Source of the DNA: Candidatus Poribacteria bacterium
Lineage (GTDB): Bacteria; Poribacteria; WGA-4E; WGA-3G
Direction: 5' to 3'
NCBI GenBank assembly: GCA_965205025.1
Contig: CBDBFU010000009.1
Location: forward strand, 64,001 to 128,000
Length of the DNA stretch: 64,000 nucleotides
Positions 1-9,963 of this stretch are shown here, piece by piece; positions within the stretch are counted from its first letter, which is position 1, and the number at the start of each line of letters is the position of its first letter. The notes under the pieces were generated by a model. It made no database searches. It had not been told where the DNA came from and saw only the letters and a list, made by a program, of their open reading frames with translations. Both the position numbers and the translations under genes were made by a program.

Positions 1-1719
1 TTTGGGACTGTCCGATTGTTTTTGTTGGAAGATAATATGTTCATTATTATCGGTAGTATTCCATAATCGCACTGTATTATCTAATCTTCCACTGGCGAGG
101 CGCGTGCCATCAGGTGAAAATGCCAAGGATACGACGGGGTTCCGCTTGCGGTTTAAATAATATGGATCCTGAATCTTCTTTTGAGGTCCTGTAAGTGTAG
201 ACACCTTTTTGCCAGTCTTTGAATTCCACAATTCAAGTATTCCGTTGTCTTCTCCTATCGCAACTTTATTGTGCGTGAGTGCATAGACTGCACTGGGAAG
301 TGGCTCCAGATCCGGACGGTTTTCAATCTTCTTGACATCACTCATACCGGTTTCGATATCTATCCAACAGATAGTGTCTCCTGATTTATTCAGAACAACA
401 AGTGTTTTGCTGTCTTTAGAGAACCAAAACACAGATGCAGCAGGTAGAGCATCGTGTAATGCCACTTCTTGACCTGTAGCTATCTCCCACAACTGGAGTC
501 CTGTTTCGTAGCGGGTGCCGCCAGCCCTACTATTGGGATCACCTCCACCATTTACGAGGAAACGTCCATCTGGTGAGATTGCAAGTGATTCACATCTTCC
601 CGGTAATAGCGAAGTTTCTTTGCCAGTCTCCGCATCATACAACCACACTCCTATATCACTCCCAACAGCGAGATGATTACCATCTGGAGAAAATTGCATA
701 GCGCGAATACTCCCTTTTCCTAAACGTGTTTTCGCCTTTTCAGGTAATGCCCATTGTCTATAATCTTCTGCTATTTCATCTGTTTGCGTCTCTGCAATTA
801 CTGCAGCGACATCAGGTTGCTTTTCAGGATTATTGTCTTTATTCTGGGCATTGACACTCCTAATTTGAAGTCGCACATTTGGCTTAGATTCTAAGTTTGC
901 GATTATTGGAGCATCAACAATCTCAATAGACATCTCTGCATTTGCATCTAAACTATAAGGTTTCTGAAAACGCGCCAAGTATTGATGGTTTCCAAAACCA
1001 AGTATAAGTAATACAACTGCTAACGTAGAGGCTGCAACTGTCCATGGAAATAAAGGTTTACTACTGGTGGGTGTTGAAACTTTAGTACGCGAAATCTCAC
1101 CCATGATAGTTTCTGTTAGATTCGGGGATATTTGGAAATTATCTAATGCCTCCCTTATGACCGGTTCTTCTTTCTGTAAACGCTGTTGCGCACGGTGAAG
1201 TCGACTTTTAACGGTATTGGCAGAAACACCTAAAAACGCACCAATCTCTTTACACGACATATCACCAAAATAGTGAAGTGTCATAACAGTCCGTTCACTT
1301 TCCTTGAGTTTCGCAAGCAGTTTTTGAACAACATCGCGTTTTGCTTGTCCAGACATACGCTCGTTTTCTTCAACAACGTATTCGGAGTACGCTGTTTTTT
1401 CTAACTGCTCCTTGTCTGCCTGGTCCAGATGATCCAATGATTGTGTCTGCAAACGCTTTTTTCGCAGCCATGAACTACAGCTGTTCGCTGCAATTACATA
1501 GAGCCAACTCGCAAACTGTTGAGGCTCCTTTAGGGTTGTCAATCGCTTGTATGCCTTCAAGAATGTATCCTGCGTAATCTCCTCAGCGATATGAAAATCT
1601 CCGATTTTTCGCCACGCAAGCGCGTGAACCTGCTTCTGGTATTTTCTCACAAGCACGGAAAAAGCGTCATCATCGCCTGCAAGGACGCGTTGAATAAGCT
1701 TAACATCGTCGTTCTTCAT
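1..1719 (-). CDS. ECF sigma-70 factor fused to TM helix and WD40 repeats (3' end runs off window)
   Basis: Not in ORF track (open at the edge). ATG at 1719 with GAGGTG RBS; reads MKNDDVKLIQRVLAGDDDAF..., sigma4 GVSANTVKSRLHRAQQRL, WD40 LAFSPDGTRLASG..VRLW. Frame checked at both ends and mid-gene. Paralog of 2930..5929. Confidence 0.9.
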   Translation of the reverse strand, partial: MKNDDVKLIQRVLAGDDDAFSVLVRKYQKQVHALAWRKIGDFHIAEEITQDTFLKAYKRLTTLKEPQQFASWLYVIAANSCSSWLRKKRLQTQSLDHLDQADKEQLEKTAYSEYVVEENERMSGQAKRDVVQKLLAKLKESERTVMTLHYFGDMSCKEIGAFLGVSANTVKSRLHRAQQRLQKEEPVIREALDNFQISPNLTETIMGEISRTKVSTPTSSKPLFPWTVAASTLAVVLLILGFGNHQYLARFQKPYSLDANAEMSIEIVDAPIIANLESKPNVRLQIRSVNAQNKDNNPEKQPDVAAVIAETQTDEIAEDYRQWALPEKAKTRLGKGSIRAMQFSPDGNHLAVGSDIGVWLYDAETGKETSLLPGRCESLAISPDGRFLVNGGGDPNSRAGGTRYETGLQLWEIATGQEVALHDALPAASVFWFSKDSKTLVVLNKSGDTICWIDIETGMSDVKKIENRPDLEPLPSAVYALTHNKVAIGEDNGILELWNSKTGKKVSTLTGPQKKIQDPYYLNRKRNPVVSLAFSPDGTRLASGRLDNTVRLWNTTDNNEHIIFQQKQSDSPK

Positions 1720-1766
1720 TTAGACACCTCGAAAAAATGGTTGCATCACTCTGGTTTTATAAATTG

Positions 1767-1800
1767 TGACGCAACTTGGAAGTGCAACGGGTGCATAATT
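1767..1800 (-). promoter_or_regulatory. putative ECF-type promoter AATTATGCACCC-N17-CGTCA
   Basis: Same 12-mer and same 17-nt spacing to YGTCA occur upstream of the paralog (5971..6004). Confidence 0.6.
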
Positions 1801-2148
1801 CTGCAAAAATAAAAGTGTGTTTAGATAAGAAAATTAGAGAATTATTGGTAAACAGGAAATCTGAAGGAAATTATAACGGATTATATTTCTTCTGTTAGTA
1901 GAATTATACCATAAATTTGGTTTCTGGGAAGGATTTTGCAAAAGAATTAGATTGTGATGGGGTCTTATCTCAAGATTTACGTATAGTTTGGTTGCGCGTG
2001 AACCTTTGAAGTACATAGCGCGGAAGGGGCAGGACAAATTGTGCAAGTCTATCTTATCCTGGTAAAGTCTCCTTTTATTATCAATTAGTATTCGGTGTCC
2101 GTTAGCACCGTTTACGACTAACAGACACCTAAAGTACCCGTTCAAAGT

Positions 2149-2622
2149 TTATGATTTTCTTTCGGCACGCTTTTTCTCTTCAGGTTTGGAAGGCTCATCT
2201 GTATCAGAGTTACCTTCTAAAAACTTCATGATAGCTTCGCCCTTTTCGCGGCTTTCTGAAGGAATTACCTTTCTAGCTTTCATCGTCTTTATAATTCTCG
2301 CCCCAAACTTCTCCCGGAAAACGGCCAAACGTTTGTGCCTCTCTGTACGTTTTTCCTCTGTAGTTGCAGAATCGGGCAGTTTTGACCTCAGAATTTCGGG
2401 CAATTCTGCCATTATCTCCCTACCGAGTTGAAGCGCTACATCCTTTTCTTTTGGATCGTCAATGCATTCTATGAGGGTCGGATCGTCTTCACATTCTTTA
2501 AGAAGACGTTGTAATTTATCAAACTCTTGTTGAAATAATGCCTCGTGTGCTTCAGCTTCTGCTGTCTTTTCAGAATCATCAGAAACTGGTTCAGGGTTCA
2601 CAAGCAATTTCTTAGTTCCCAT
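2149..2622 (-). CDS. hypothetical charged helical protein
   Basis: ORF with AAAGGAGA RBS before ATG 2622; no family recognised. Confidence 0.7.
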   Translation of the reverse strand: MGTKKLLVNPEPVSDDSEKTAEAEAHEALFQQEFDKLQRLLKECEDDPTLIECIDDPKEKDVALQLGREIMAELPEILRSKLPDSATTEEKRTERHKRLAVFREKFGARIIKTMKARKVIPSESREKGEAIMKFLEGNSDTDEPSKPEEKKRAERKS

Positions 2623-2929
2623 TTTGGTTCTCCTTTCACCGCACATTCATGAAAAATGTCGGTTGAATTCTTTCCAGTTAAAACCGTTGTGGCCAACCGG
2701 AAATCGTTACCTGAGTAAGATTGAGTCTTTTGCCGATCTTACCGCAATTGTCCTTGAAACGTCAAATACACAAGCATCAACTTTTGATGGCTTACAGATA
2801 CCTTGACTGATAACCAGTACGTTCACAATTAAAACGTTATAATGTCTAATAAAAACTATTTACACAACGCCAGTAAATAGAGAGGCACCACTTTCTTTAT
2901 AATTCTAATCTTTTTCCGAACTCACGTAT

Positions 2930-5929
2930 CTACTTATTTTTCTCTCGGTTAGAACCTTTGAGAACTTCATCCCAATCCCACAGAAGAATTGCGCCATCTT
3001 GCCCTGTACTCATAAGTGTTTTGCCATCAGGTGAGAACACCAACGTCTTCACTGGCGCCGTGTGTCCATCAAGTATAGTCAGTTTGTCTCCTGTTTCCGT
3101 GTCCCATAGCTTAATTCCACCATAATTAAGTCCCGCAACAAGGATGCGATTATCTGGTGAAAATACAAACACTTCAACAATAAACGTTTTGGCACCATGG
3201 GACACTTCCTTAAAAGTGATCTGTTCCTTAATCTCAATCAAACGGATTTGTTTATGAGTTGCCACAACAAGCAAATTGCCATTTGGCGAGAATGCCAATG
3301 TTTTAATACTTTCCTTATAAAGGATGCCACTGTTATCAGTTTTGCCACTGAATACCGGTTCCTCTCCCGTAAAGAGAAGTGCTAACGGAATTCCAGTTTT
3401 CGCATCCCACATCTGCACTTTTCCGTCCTTGGTTCCACTAACAAGTTTTTTGCCGTCTGGCGAAAAAACTAAAGTGCTGATTGTAGACTTAAACTTGCGC
3501 TTGTGCTTGCGCTTGCGCTTAACGTTCTGATATGAGGGGGATATATCAGGGAGAGATATATCAGAAATCTCACCTGTCTCTGTATTCCATAGACGAATCT
3601 TACCAGAATTGCTGAATGCCACCGTTTTTCCATCAGGTGAAAAAGCCACGGGTGAAAAAAATCCTTTTTTCGCAGCCAAAGTCTGCAACTGGCGTCCCGT
3701 CCTAACATTACTCAGACGAACCAGCGGCTCATCCCACTTTATAGGGGCATCTGGGAAGGCTCTATTACCTTTTTCACGAAAACTGACGAGCTTTGTCCCA
3801 TCAGGTGAAAACGTTGAAAACGATGATAACCCATGTTGCCGTCTTTCTAGGTAGAAATCGGTTGTTTGCAATGCATTCGAACCTGTTTTTTGTGATGTTT
3901 TCACATCCCAAAGGCTAATTACCTGATCATAAGCGACACTCGCAAGCGTGGTGTTATCTTTAAAGAAAGTTACTGCTTCCACCTCCATTGTGTGTCCGGT
4001 GATGCGTGTGGGTAATAGATTCCCATTTTTGATATTCCAAAATCGGACTGTGCCCATTGTAGTTGCACCGGCTAGTATGCGATTATCTGGTGAAAACGTT
4101 AAAGCAATGATGCCGCCGGCATGACCTGTGAAAGTGGTGATAGGCTCACCAGTGGCGACATCCCACAATTGCACTGTTTGCTCTGTCTTACGTCTCCCTC
4201 CGCAGGCAAGCATTTTTCCATCCGATGAGAATGCTAACACGTCGACCTTCTTCGCGTGTTTGTCAAGGAGAATAGATTCGTTGCTGTTGGTATCCCATAA
4301 TTGTAATGTGAATGTTTCATCATTATTTTCACCTGCACTCGCGAGACGTGTGCCATCAGGTGAAAATTCCAAGGCTAAAAGAGATGTGTTTCCCTTGAGT
4401 GTAAACAGTATTTTGCCGGGTATTTCTCCGGTCGTTGTGTCCCGCAACTCAATCTCAGTTCCCATTCCAACTGCAAATTTATCATGTGTGAGCGCATAGT
4501 ATCTATGATCAACGATCGTCGGTGTCTGATCTTCCGTAATACGCTTCAACATTCTTTTACCGGTTTCAACATCCAGCCGGAGGAAAATGGTTCCCCACAC
4601 GTCATCCAAACCAAAAAGTGTTTTGCCATCTGCAGAGAACCGCAATACTGAGGCATGCGGAAAAAGACGAGGAGTGAGTTGCATTTTCTGACCGGTAGCT
4701 ACTTCCCACAACTGGAGTCCCACTGCAAACAACCGGTTTCCCTTTCTGTGAGAACCTCCAATACTGCCTGCAAGGAAGTGGCCGTCTGGAGAAAATGCGA
4801 TGGATTCGTACTTACCGGGGAACATGGATACTTCTTTACTCGTTTTCGCATCATAAAGCCACAAACCGATATCGCTGCCTACCGCGAGTAGCGTGCCATC
4901 TGGTGAGAATTGCATGACATTAATTCCACCCTTGCCTAAACGCGCCTTTGCCTTTTCAGGCAATTCCCATTTTGTCCAATCTTTCACAATTTCATCCCCT
5001 TGTGCCTCTGCAACTGCTGCAGAAGCATCATTCGGTTGCTGTTCAGGGTTATTGTGTTTATTCAATGCATTGACATTTTCTATTTGCATCCGCACATCAG
5101 GTTTGGATTCTAAGTTCGCAACAACAGGTGCGTCAATGATCTCAACTGCCATCTCCGAGGTAGCATCTAAACTATAGGGTTTCTGAAAACGTGCCAGGTA
5201 TCGGTGATTTCCAAAACCGAGCATGAGTAACACGACTACTAACGTGGAAGCAGCTACTGCCCATGGGACTAACGGTTTACTACCAGACGGTTTTACGGGT
5301 TTGGTCCGCGAAATCTCACGCATGATATTGTCAGTAAGATTCGGAGTGATTTTGAAATTGTCTAAAGCCTCTCTTATGACCGGTTCTTCTTTCTGTAAAC
5401 GCTGTTGCGCGCGGTGAAGTCGACTTTTAACGGTATTGGCAGAAACACCTAAAAACGTTCCAATCTCTTTACATGACATATCTCCAAAATAGTGAAGTGT
5501 CATGACAGTCCGTTCACTTTCCTTAAGTTTTGAAAGCAGTTTTTCGACAACAATACGCTGGGTTTCTACCGAGGAGCGTTTGTTTTCTGTAGCAACATAT
5601 TCCGAATAAGTTGATTCTTCAGGTTGTGTGCTATCAATCTTCTCTTGCAGTTGGGTTCGGATGTTTTTATTACGTAACCATGTATTGCAAAGATTTGAAG
5701 CAATTACATACAACCATCCAGCAAATAGATGTGGTTTCTTCAAAGTTCTGAGTTGCTGATATGCCCTCAGAAATGTATCCTGCGTAAGTTCTTCAGCAAA
5801 ATGAAAATCCCCAATTTTCTTCCACACAAGGGCATGAACCTGTTTTTGGTATTTTTCAACAAGCTCCGAGAATGCATTATCATCACCTTCGAGACTGCGG
5901 TGAATCAGGTGTGTATCATTGTTTATCAT
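2930..5929 (-). CDS. ECF sigma-70 factor-TM-WD40 repeat protein (999 aa)
   Basis: sigma2 (AEELTQDTFLRAY..FAGWLYVIA), sigma4, hydrophobic helix (WAVAASTLVVVLLMLGFG), many FSPDG..LWD WD40 repeats. Confidence 0.93.
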   Translation of the reverse strand: MINNDTHLIHRSLEGDDNAFSELVEKYQKQVHALVWKKIGDFHFAEELTQDTFLRAYQQLRTLKKPHLFAGWLYVIASNLCNTWLRNKNIRTQLQEKIDSTQPEESTYSEYVATENKRSSVETQRIVVEKLLSKLKESERTVMTLHYFGDMSCKEIGTFLGVSANTVKSRLHRAQQRLQKEEPVIREALDNFKITPNLTDNIMREISRTKPVKPSGSKPLVPWAVAASTLVVVLLMLGFGNHRYLARFQKPYSLDATSEMAVEIIDAPVVANLESKPDVRMQIENVNALNKHNNPEQQPNDASAAVAEAQGDEIVKDWTKWELPEKAKARLGKGGINVMQFSPDGTLLAVGSDIGLWLYDAKTSKEVSMFPGKYESIAFSPDGHFLAGSIGGSHRKGNRLFAVGLQLWEVATGQKMQLTPRLFPHASVLRFSADGKTLFGLDDVWGTIFLRLDVETGKRMLKRITEDQTPTIVDHRYYALTHDKFAVGMGTEIELRDTTTGEIPGKILFTLKGNTSLLALEFSPDGTRLASAGENNDETFTLQLWDTNSNESILLDKHAKKVDVLAFSSDGKMLACGGRRKTEQTVQLWDVATGEPITTFTGHAGGIIALTFSPDNRILAGATTMGTVRFWNIKNGNLLPTRITGHTMEVEAVTFFKDNTTLASVAYDQVISLWDVKTSQKTGSNALQTTDFYLERRQHGLSSFSTFSPDGTKLVSFREKGNRAFPDAPIKWDEPLVRLSNVRTGRQLQTLAAKKGFFSPVAFSPDGKTVAFSNSGKIRLWNTETGEISDISLPDISPSYQNVKRKRKHKRKFKSTISTLVFSPDGKKLVSGTKDGKVQMWDAKTGIPLALLFTGEEPVFSGKTDNSGILYKESIKTLAFSPNGNLLVVATHKQIRLIEIKEQITFKEVSHGAKTFIVEVFVFSPDNRILVAGLNYGGIKLWDTETGDKLTILDGHTAPVKTLVFSPDGKTLMSTGQDGAILLWDWDEVLKGSNREKNK

Positions 5930-5970
5930 AGATTCCCTCCGATTATATTTTTCACCTTTTATATTTATAA

Positions 5971-6004
5971 TGACAACGCAAAGGAATAAATGGGGTGCAT
6001 AATT
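5971..6004 (-). promoter_or_regulatory. putative ECF-type promoter AATTATGCACCC-N17-TGTCA
   Basis: Matches the element at 1767..1800 in sequence and spacing. Confidence 0.6.
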
Positions 6005-6056
6005 ATTAAATAAAATGAAATCTATGGTTCGACTTATACTCTACCACAGTCTAATA

Positions 6057-6827
6057 TTACGTATCCAAAGGCACTACATCAGCATATACATAAGTTGGTG
6101 CGGTGTTGGTGCTGGAATGTATCTTGTCATTTTTCTCTTTTGATGTCGTTTCAATATCTCTCTGGACTATTCTACCGGGTTTAGCAGCAACCGGTGAACT
6201 AAACATAGGACCATCAACAACACATGTATGGAATTCACCGTTTTCACCAAGTGGGTCCACACCATCCGGCAAATCTGCGAGAAGGTCTGCATCAAACCAT
6301 CGTCCAGCAAAGTCTGCGGGTACTTTCGTAGGGTTGAGGGCGGTAATAATAGCGCGTAAACCAGAGGATATCATCTTTTGTGCAAGTTCGGTTGTGTCTA
6401 ATCCCCAAACAGGAAAAATCGGTGTGAAACCTGTCCCCTTCAGTTTGTCCTCTCGGTAAGCACGGATCTCTTCCAAGAATAGATCACCAAATGCAAAATG
6501 TGTTGCTGTTAAATCTGCTGGTAATTCTTCTACATCTGAAAGGAATTCACGCATTGCATCTTCATATATTGCATTAGAGCAAGGATACGGAATGGGTATC
6601 TCGTATAAAGGCACACCGAGCTTTTCAGCTTGTTGTTTTAATACCCAAACTGGAGTTGAGTGAATAGATACACGGTCAAATGTCTTGGTTACGGTGGTAA
6701 AGATGCCACGTACATCGTATATATCGGGTTGCTGTCGTAATGTATGTAACCCCCATGCAGAATCTTTACCTGAAGACCAGGAGACCAATACAGGTGTTGG
6801 GTTTATTTTGTCAGTTTCTTTTTTCAT
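6057..6827 (-). CDS. PP-loop adenine nucleotide alpha-hydrolase, Dph6/MJ0570-like ATP-binding protein
   Basis: SWSSGKDS PP-loop, FGDLFL, DPLGENGEFHT motifs; start uncertain (ORF extends to 6893). Confidence 0.85.
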   Translation of the reverse strand: MKKETDKINPTPVLVSWSSGKDSAWGLHTLRQQPDIYDVRGIFTTVTKTFDRVSIHSTPVWVLKQQAEKLGVPLYEIPIPYPCSNAIYEDAMREFLSDVEELPADLTATHFAFGDLFLEEIRAYREDKLKGTGFTPIFPVWGLDTTELAQKMISSGLRAIITALNPTKVPADFAGRWFDADLLADLPDGVDPLGENGEFHTCVVDGPMFSSPVAAKPGRIVQRDIETTSKEKNDKIHSSTNTAPTYVYADVVPLDT

Positions 6828-6906
6828 ATTGATTATATAAAGTAATATCTTTGAACACCTTATGGTAGAGTTGTTAGAAAACCACTCTACCATAGGGTAG
6901 AAGTAA

Positions 6907-7470
6907 TTATAATGCCAAAAAGTTACCTAATAGACTCTTTCCGGCAGTTGTTAAAATGGATTCTGGATGAAACTGCACACCCCAAATGGGTAGTGTCTTA
7001 TGACGAATACCCATAATTTCATCCTGATCTGTCCATGCTGTAATCTCAAGACAATCTGGTAATGTCTCTTTTTTTACAATGAGAGAATGATAGCGCGTTG
7101 CTTCAAAGGGATTTTCCAATCCTTCAAACAGATCTGTGTCTTTGTGATAAATCATGGATGTTTTCCCGTGCATAAGACGATCGGCACGCACAACTTCACC
7201 CCCAAAGGTATCCCCGATGCATTGATGTCCAAGACAAACCCCTAAGATCGGAACTTTACCAGCGAAATGTCTTATAGCATCGTTTGATATACCTGCCTCT
7301 TTTGGTGTGCATGGACCGGGAGATATTACAATCCTTTCTGGTGCCAATGCGTCCAATTCCTTTATACCTATCTTTCGACTACGATGAACTTCTAATTCAG
7401 CCCCGAGTTCACCGAAATATTGTACTAAGTTATAGGTAAATGAGTCGTAGTTGTCAATCATTAAAACCAT
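6907..7470 (-). CDS. trpG: anthranilate synthase component II / glutamine amidotransferase
   Basis: [28 protein letters not shown]; adjacent to trpE. Confidence 0.9.
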   Translation of the reverse strand: MVLMIDNYDSFTYNLVQYFGELGAELEVHRSRKIGIKELDALAPERIVISPGPCTPKEAGISNDAIRHFAGKVPILGVCLGHQCIGDTFGGEVVRADRLMHGKTSMIYHKDTDLFEGLENPFEATRYHSLIVKKETLPDCLEITAWTDQDEIMGIRHKTLPIWGVQFHPESILTTAGKSLLGNFLAL

Positions 7471-7473
7471 CTT

Positions 7474-8985
7474 TTATCTCCTATGATGTAACAAGCCTTG
7501 TTGTGCCATTTCAATAGCAGTGAGCATTGCCCATGCTTTACTGACGGTTTCATAATACTCATTTTCAGGCATGGAATCCGAAACGACACCACCACCTGCT
7601 TGCACGTATGCAGTACCATCTTTAATAACCGCAGTTCGAATGGTTATTGCCGTATCCGCACTACCTGAAAAACTGAAATAACCGACTGTTCCACCATAGG
7701 GACCCCTTCGTGTCGGTTCCAATTCTTCTATGATTTCCATAGCACGTATTTTAGGGGCACCAGAGAGTGTACCGGCGGGTAGACACGCTCGAATAACATC
7801 AAAAGCAGTAAGATTTTCACGCAAGCGTCCGACAACATGAGAAACGATATGCATCACATGTGAGAATCTTTCAACTATCATCAGATCGGTGACCTCAACG
7901 GAGTGATACTCACACACGCGCCCGAGGTCGTTTCTACCTAAATCCACCAGCATCACATGTTCCGCACGTTCCTTTGGATCTGAAATGAGTTCTTTTTCCA
8001 ATTCACGATCCTCATCATCGGTTTTGCCACGCGGACGTGTTCCGGCAATCGGAACTGTCTGGACAAGTCCATTTTCCACCCGTACCATCATTTCGGGTGA
8101 TGCACCAACTATCTCAAAACTATCATACTTCAGATAATACATATAAGGAGATGGATTTACAACTCGTAATGCACGATAGATATCAAAAGAATCCACTGAA
8201 ACAGGACGACTGAATCGTTGTGAAGGCACAACTTGTATTATGTCACCTGCAGCGATGTATTCTTTTGCACGTCGTACAACCGCCTCGTAATCTGATTTTG
8301 TGAAATTTGATGGCGGATCAGGAATAGTATCAACATCACTATCTGATCTATCGTCTAAATTCCTTACTGAAAGCACCTTTGAAGCAGATGTAAGTTTTTC
8401 TACCAACGAATCGATTTTAGCAATCGCATCTGTATACGCTGTATCTACATTTCCATCAATATGTGCATTGGCAACAACTTTAATCTGATGGTTAACATGA
8501 TCGAATATAAGGATCGTATCGGCAATCATGAAAAAGCAATCCGGCACCTGCAGTTCATCTTCGTTTGTATCAGGTAATTCTTCCACGAAACGCACCATAT
8601 CATAGGTCATATAACCAACTGCCCCACCATGGAATTCTGGTAGCCCATCAACACTGACGGGTTGATATTGCTGCATCAATTCTTCAAGTGCACTCAGCGG
8701 ATCATCGTACTCTTTGACTACTTTTTCTCTTTTTCCAAAGTCCTCTATGGTAACCTCGTTTCCTTTGCTTTGGAAGAGAATAGAGGGTTGGCTGCCCAAA
8801 AAAGAATATCGAGCGACTTTCTCACCACCTTCAACACTTTCCAAAAGGAACGCGAATTCATCAGGCATTAATTTGTAAAAAGCAGATACTGGTGTCTCCA
8901 TATCTGCCAAGATAGGTCGATAAACAGGTATCGTGTTCCCCTGTTTTGCTTTTACCTGAAATTCTTGTAATGTAGGATAATACAT
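7474..8985 (-). CDS. trpE: anthranilate synthase component I
   Basis: LLES Trp-feedback motif, NPSPYM, PIAGTRPRG, EHVMLVDLGRND, GTLSGAPK. Confidence 0.95.
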   Translation of the reverse strand: MYYPTLQEFQVKAKQGNTIPVYRPILADMETPVSAFYKLMPDEFAFLLESVEGGEKVARYSFLGSQPSILFQSKGNEVTIEDFGKREKVVKEYDDPLSALEELMQQYQPVSVDGLPEFHGGAVGYMTYDMVRFVEELPDTNEDELQVPDCFFMIADTILIFDHVNHQIKVVANAHIDGNVDTAYTDAIAKIDSLVEKLTSASKVLSVRNLDDRSDSDVDTIPDPPSNFTKSDYEAVVRRAKEYIAAGDIIQVVPSQRFSRPVSVDSFDIYRALRVVNPSPYMYYLKYDSFEIVGASPEMMVRVENGLVQTVPIAGTRPRGKTDDEDRELEKELISDPKERAEHVMLVDLGRNDLGRVCEYHSVEVTDLMIVERFSHVMHIVSHVVGRLRENLTAFDVIRACLPAGTLSGAPKIRAMEIIEELEPTRRGPYGGTVGYFSFSGSADTAITIRTAVIKDGTAYVQAGGGVVSDSMPENEYYETVSKAWAMLTAIEMAQQGLLHHRR

Positions 8986-9124
8986 GAGTGATTCCTCTTC
9001 ATATCATAAGCATCTAAGTTATGTACTCTTAATAACTAATAGTTGTTATACAATTCTTTTCTATGGCCACCACTACTTATTCTATTGATCAGATGCTATG
9101 CTATGAGTTGGATAACATTCAATA

Positions 9125-9505
9125 CTAATAAACAGCATCTGCATCGAAAATCTTATCTCCAACAATAGTAGTTGACTCTCCATTGGGGGAGACTTCCCTA
9201 AAAAAGCAGGACCGATACCCTTGATGGCATGCTGCAACCTTCTGTTCAACCTTAAACAGCAGGGCATCACCATCACAATCAACTGCCATTGACTTGACAG
9301 TTTGGGTGTGTCCTGAAGTCTCCCCCTTTATCCACAACTTCTGGCGGGAACGACTCCAAAAACATACTCGACCTGTTGACAAAGTCTGTTTGATCGCTTC
9401 TTCATTCATATATCCAAGCATTAGTATTTCATTGTTTGTACTATCTTGGATAATAGCTGCGACCAAACCATCACTATCATATTTCAGTTCAGATAGAATC
9501 TTCAT
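9125..9505 (-). CDS. hisI: phosphoribosyl-AMP cyclohydrolase
   Basis: [32 protein letters not shown]. Confidence 0.95.
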   Translation of the reverse strand: MKILSELKYDSDGLVAAIIQDSTNNEILMLGYMNEEAIKQTLSTGRVCFWSRSRQKLWIKGETSGHTQTVKSMAVDCDGDALLFKVEQKVAACHQGYRSCFFREVSPNGESTTIVGDKIFDADAVY

Positions 9506-9526
9506 AATTCCTCCTTCAAACAGTTT

Positions 9527-9571
9527 AAAAACAAAAAACCTTATGCCACCGAGGTAGTGTGTGCATAAGGT
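9527..9571 (-). terminator. attenuator terminator upstream of hisI
   Basis: Minus strand ACCTTATGC...GCATAAGGT hairpin followed by TTTTTGTTTTT, about 20 nt before the hisI start. Confidence 0.8.
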
Positions 9572-9609
9572 CTACAAAATCAATCAATATTAGAATATAT
9601 AAAAATCTG

Positions 9610-9705
9610 TTAACGCGCACACCCCTCCATACTGAAATTGGATCGCCACCAATGCCAATGATCCGTTATAGTATTTAGGTTGGTGTGTGAACTAACAAAT
9701 ATCAT
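9610..9705 (-). CDS. attenuator leader peptide MIFVSSHTNLNTITDHWHWWRSNFSMEGCAR
   Basis: 31-codon ORF with CAT TGG CAT TGG TGG CGA cluster, upstream of the terminator and hisI-trpE-trpG. Confidence 0.8.
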   Translation of the reverse strand: MIFVSSHTNLNTITDHWHWWRSNFSMEGCAR

Positions 9706-9963
9706 CTTTGCAAAAAATATAAGAAATTTATGTATTATTCCAAATTTATTTATATAATAACATATATGAAATGGGTTGTCAAATTAAATAATAAAGTAAA
9801 ATTTTCAAATACTTATTAGGGGATAGTAAGCATCAAGGATTCTTGACATACACAGGTTTTTGGAGTAAAATTGACACGGTAAACCCATAATATAAATGAC
9901 ATTGTAAGCATATAGAATTAATAACACGATATATTGAGATAACATTATTAGAAGAGGAAATGA

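Noticed and set aside
1834-2145. 103-aa ORF downstream of the orphan gene
   Set aside because: TTG start, AT-rich intergenic character, spans a hairpin, no protein-like motif.
6907-8985. pabA/pabB rather than trpG/trpE
   Set aside because: The Trp-codon leader and the LLES/NPSPYM feedback motifs favour anthranilate synthase, though TrpG may serve both pathways.
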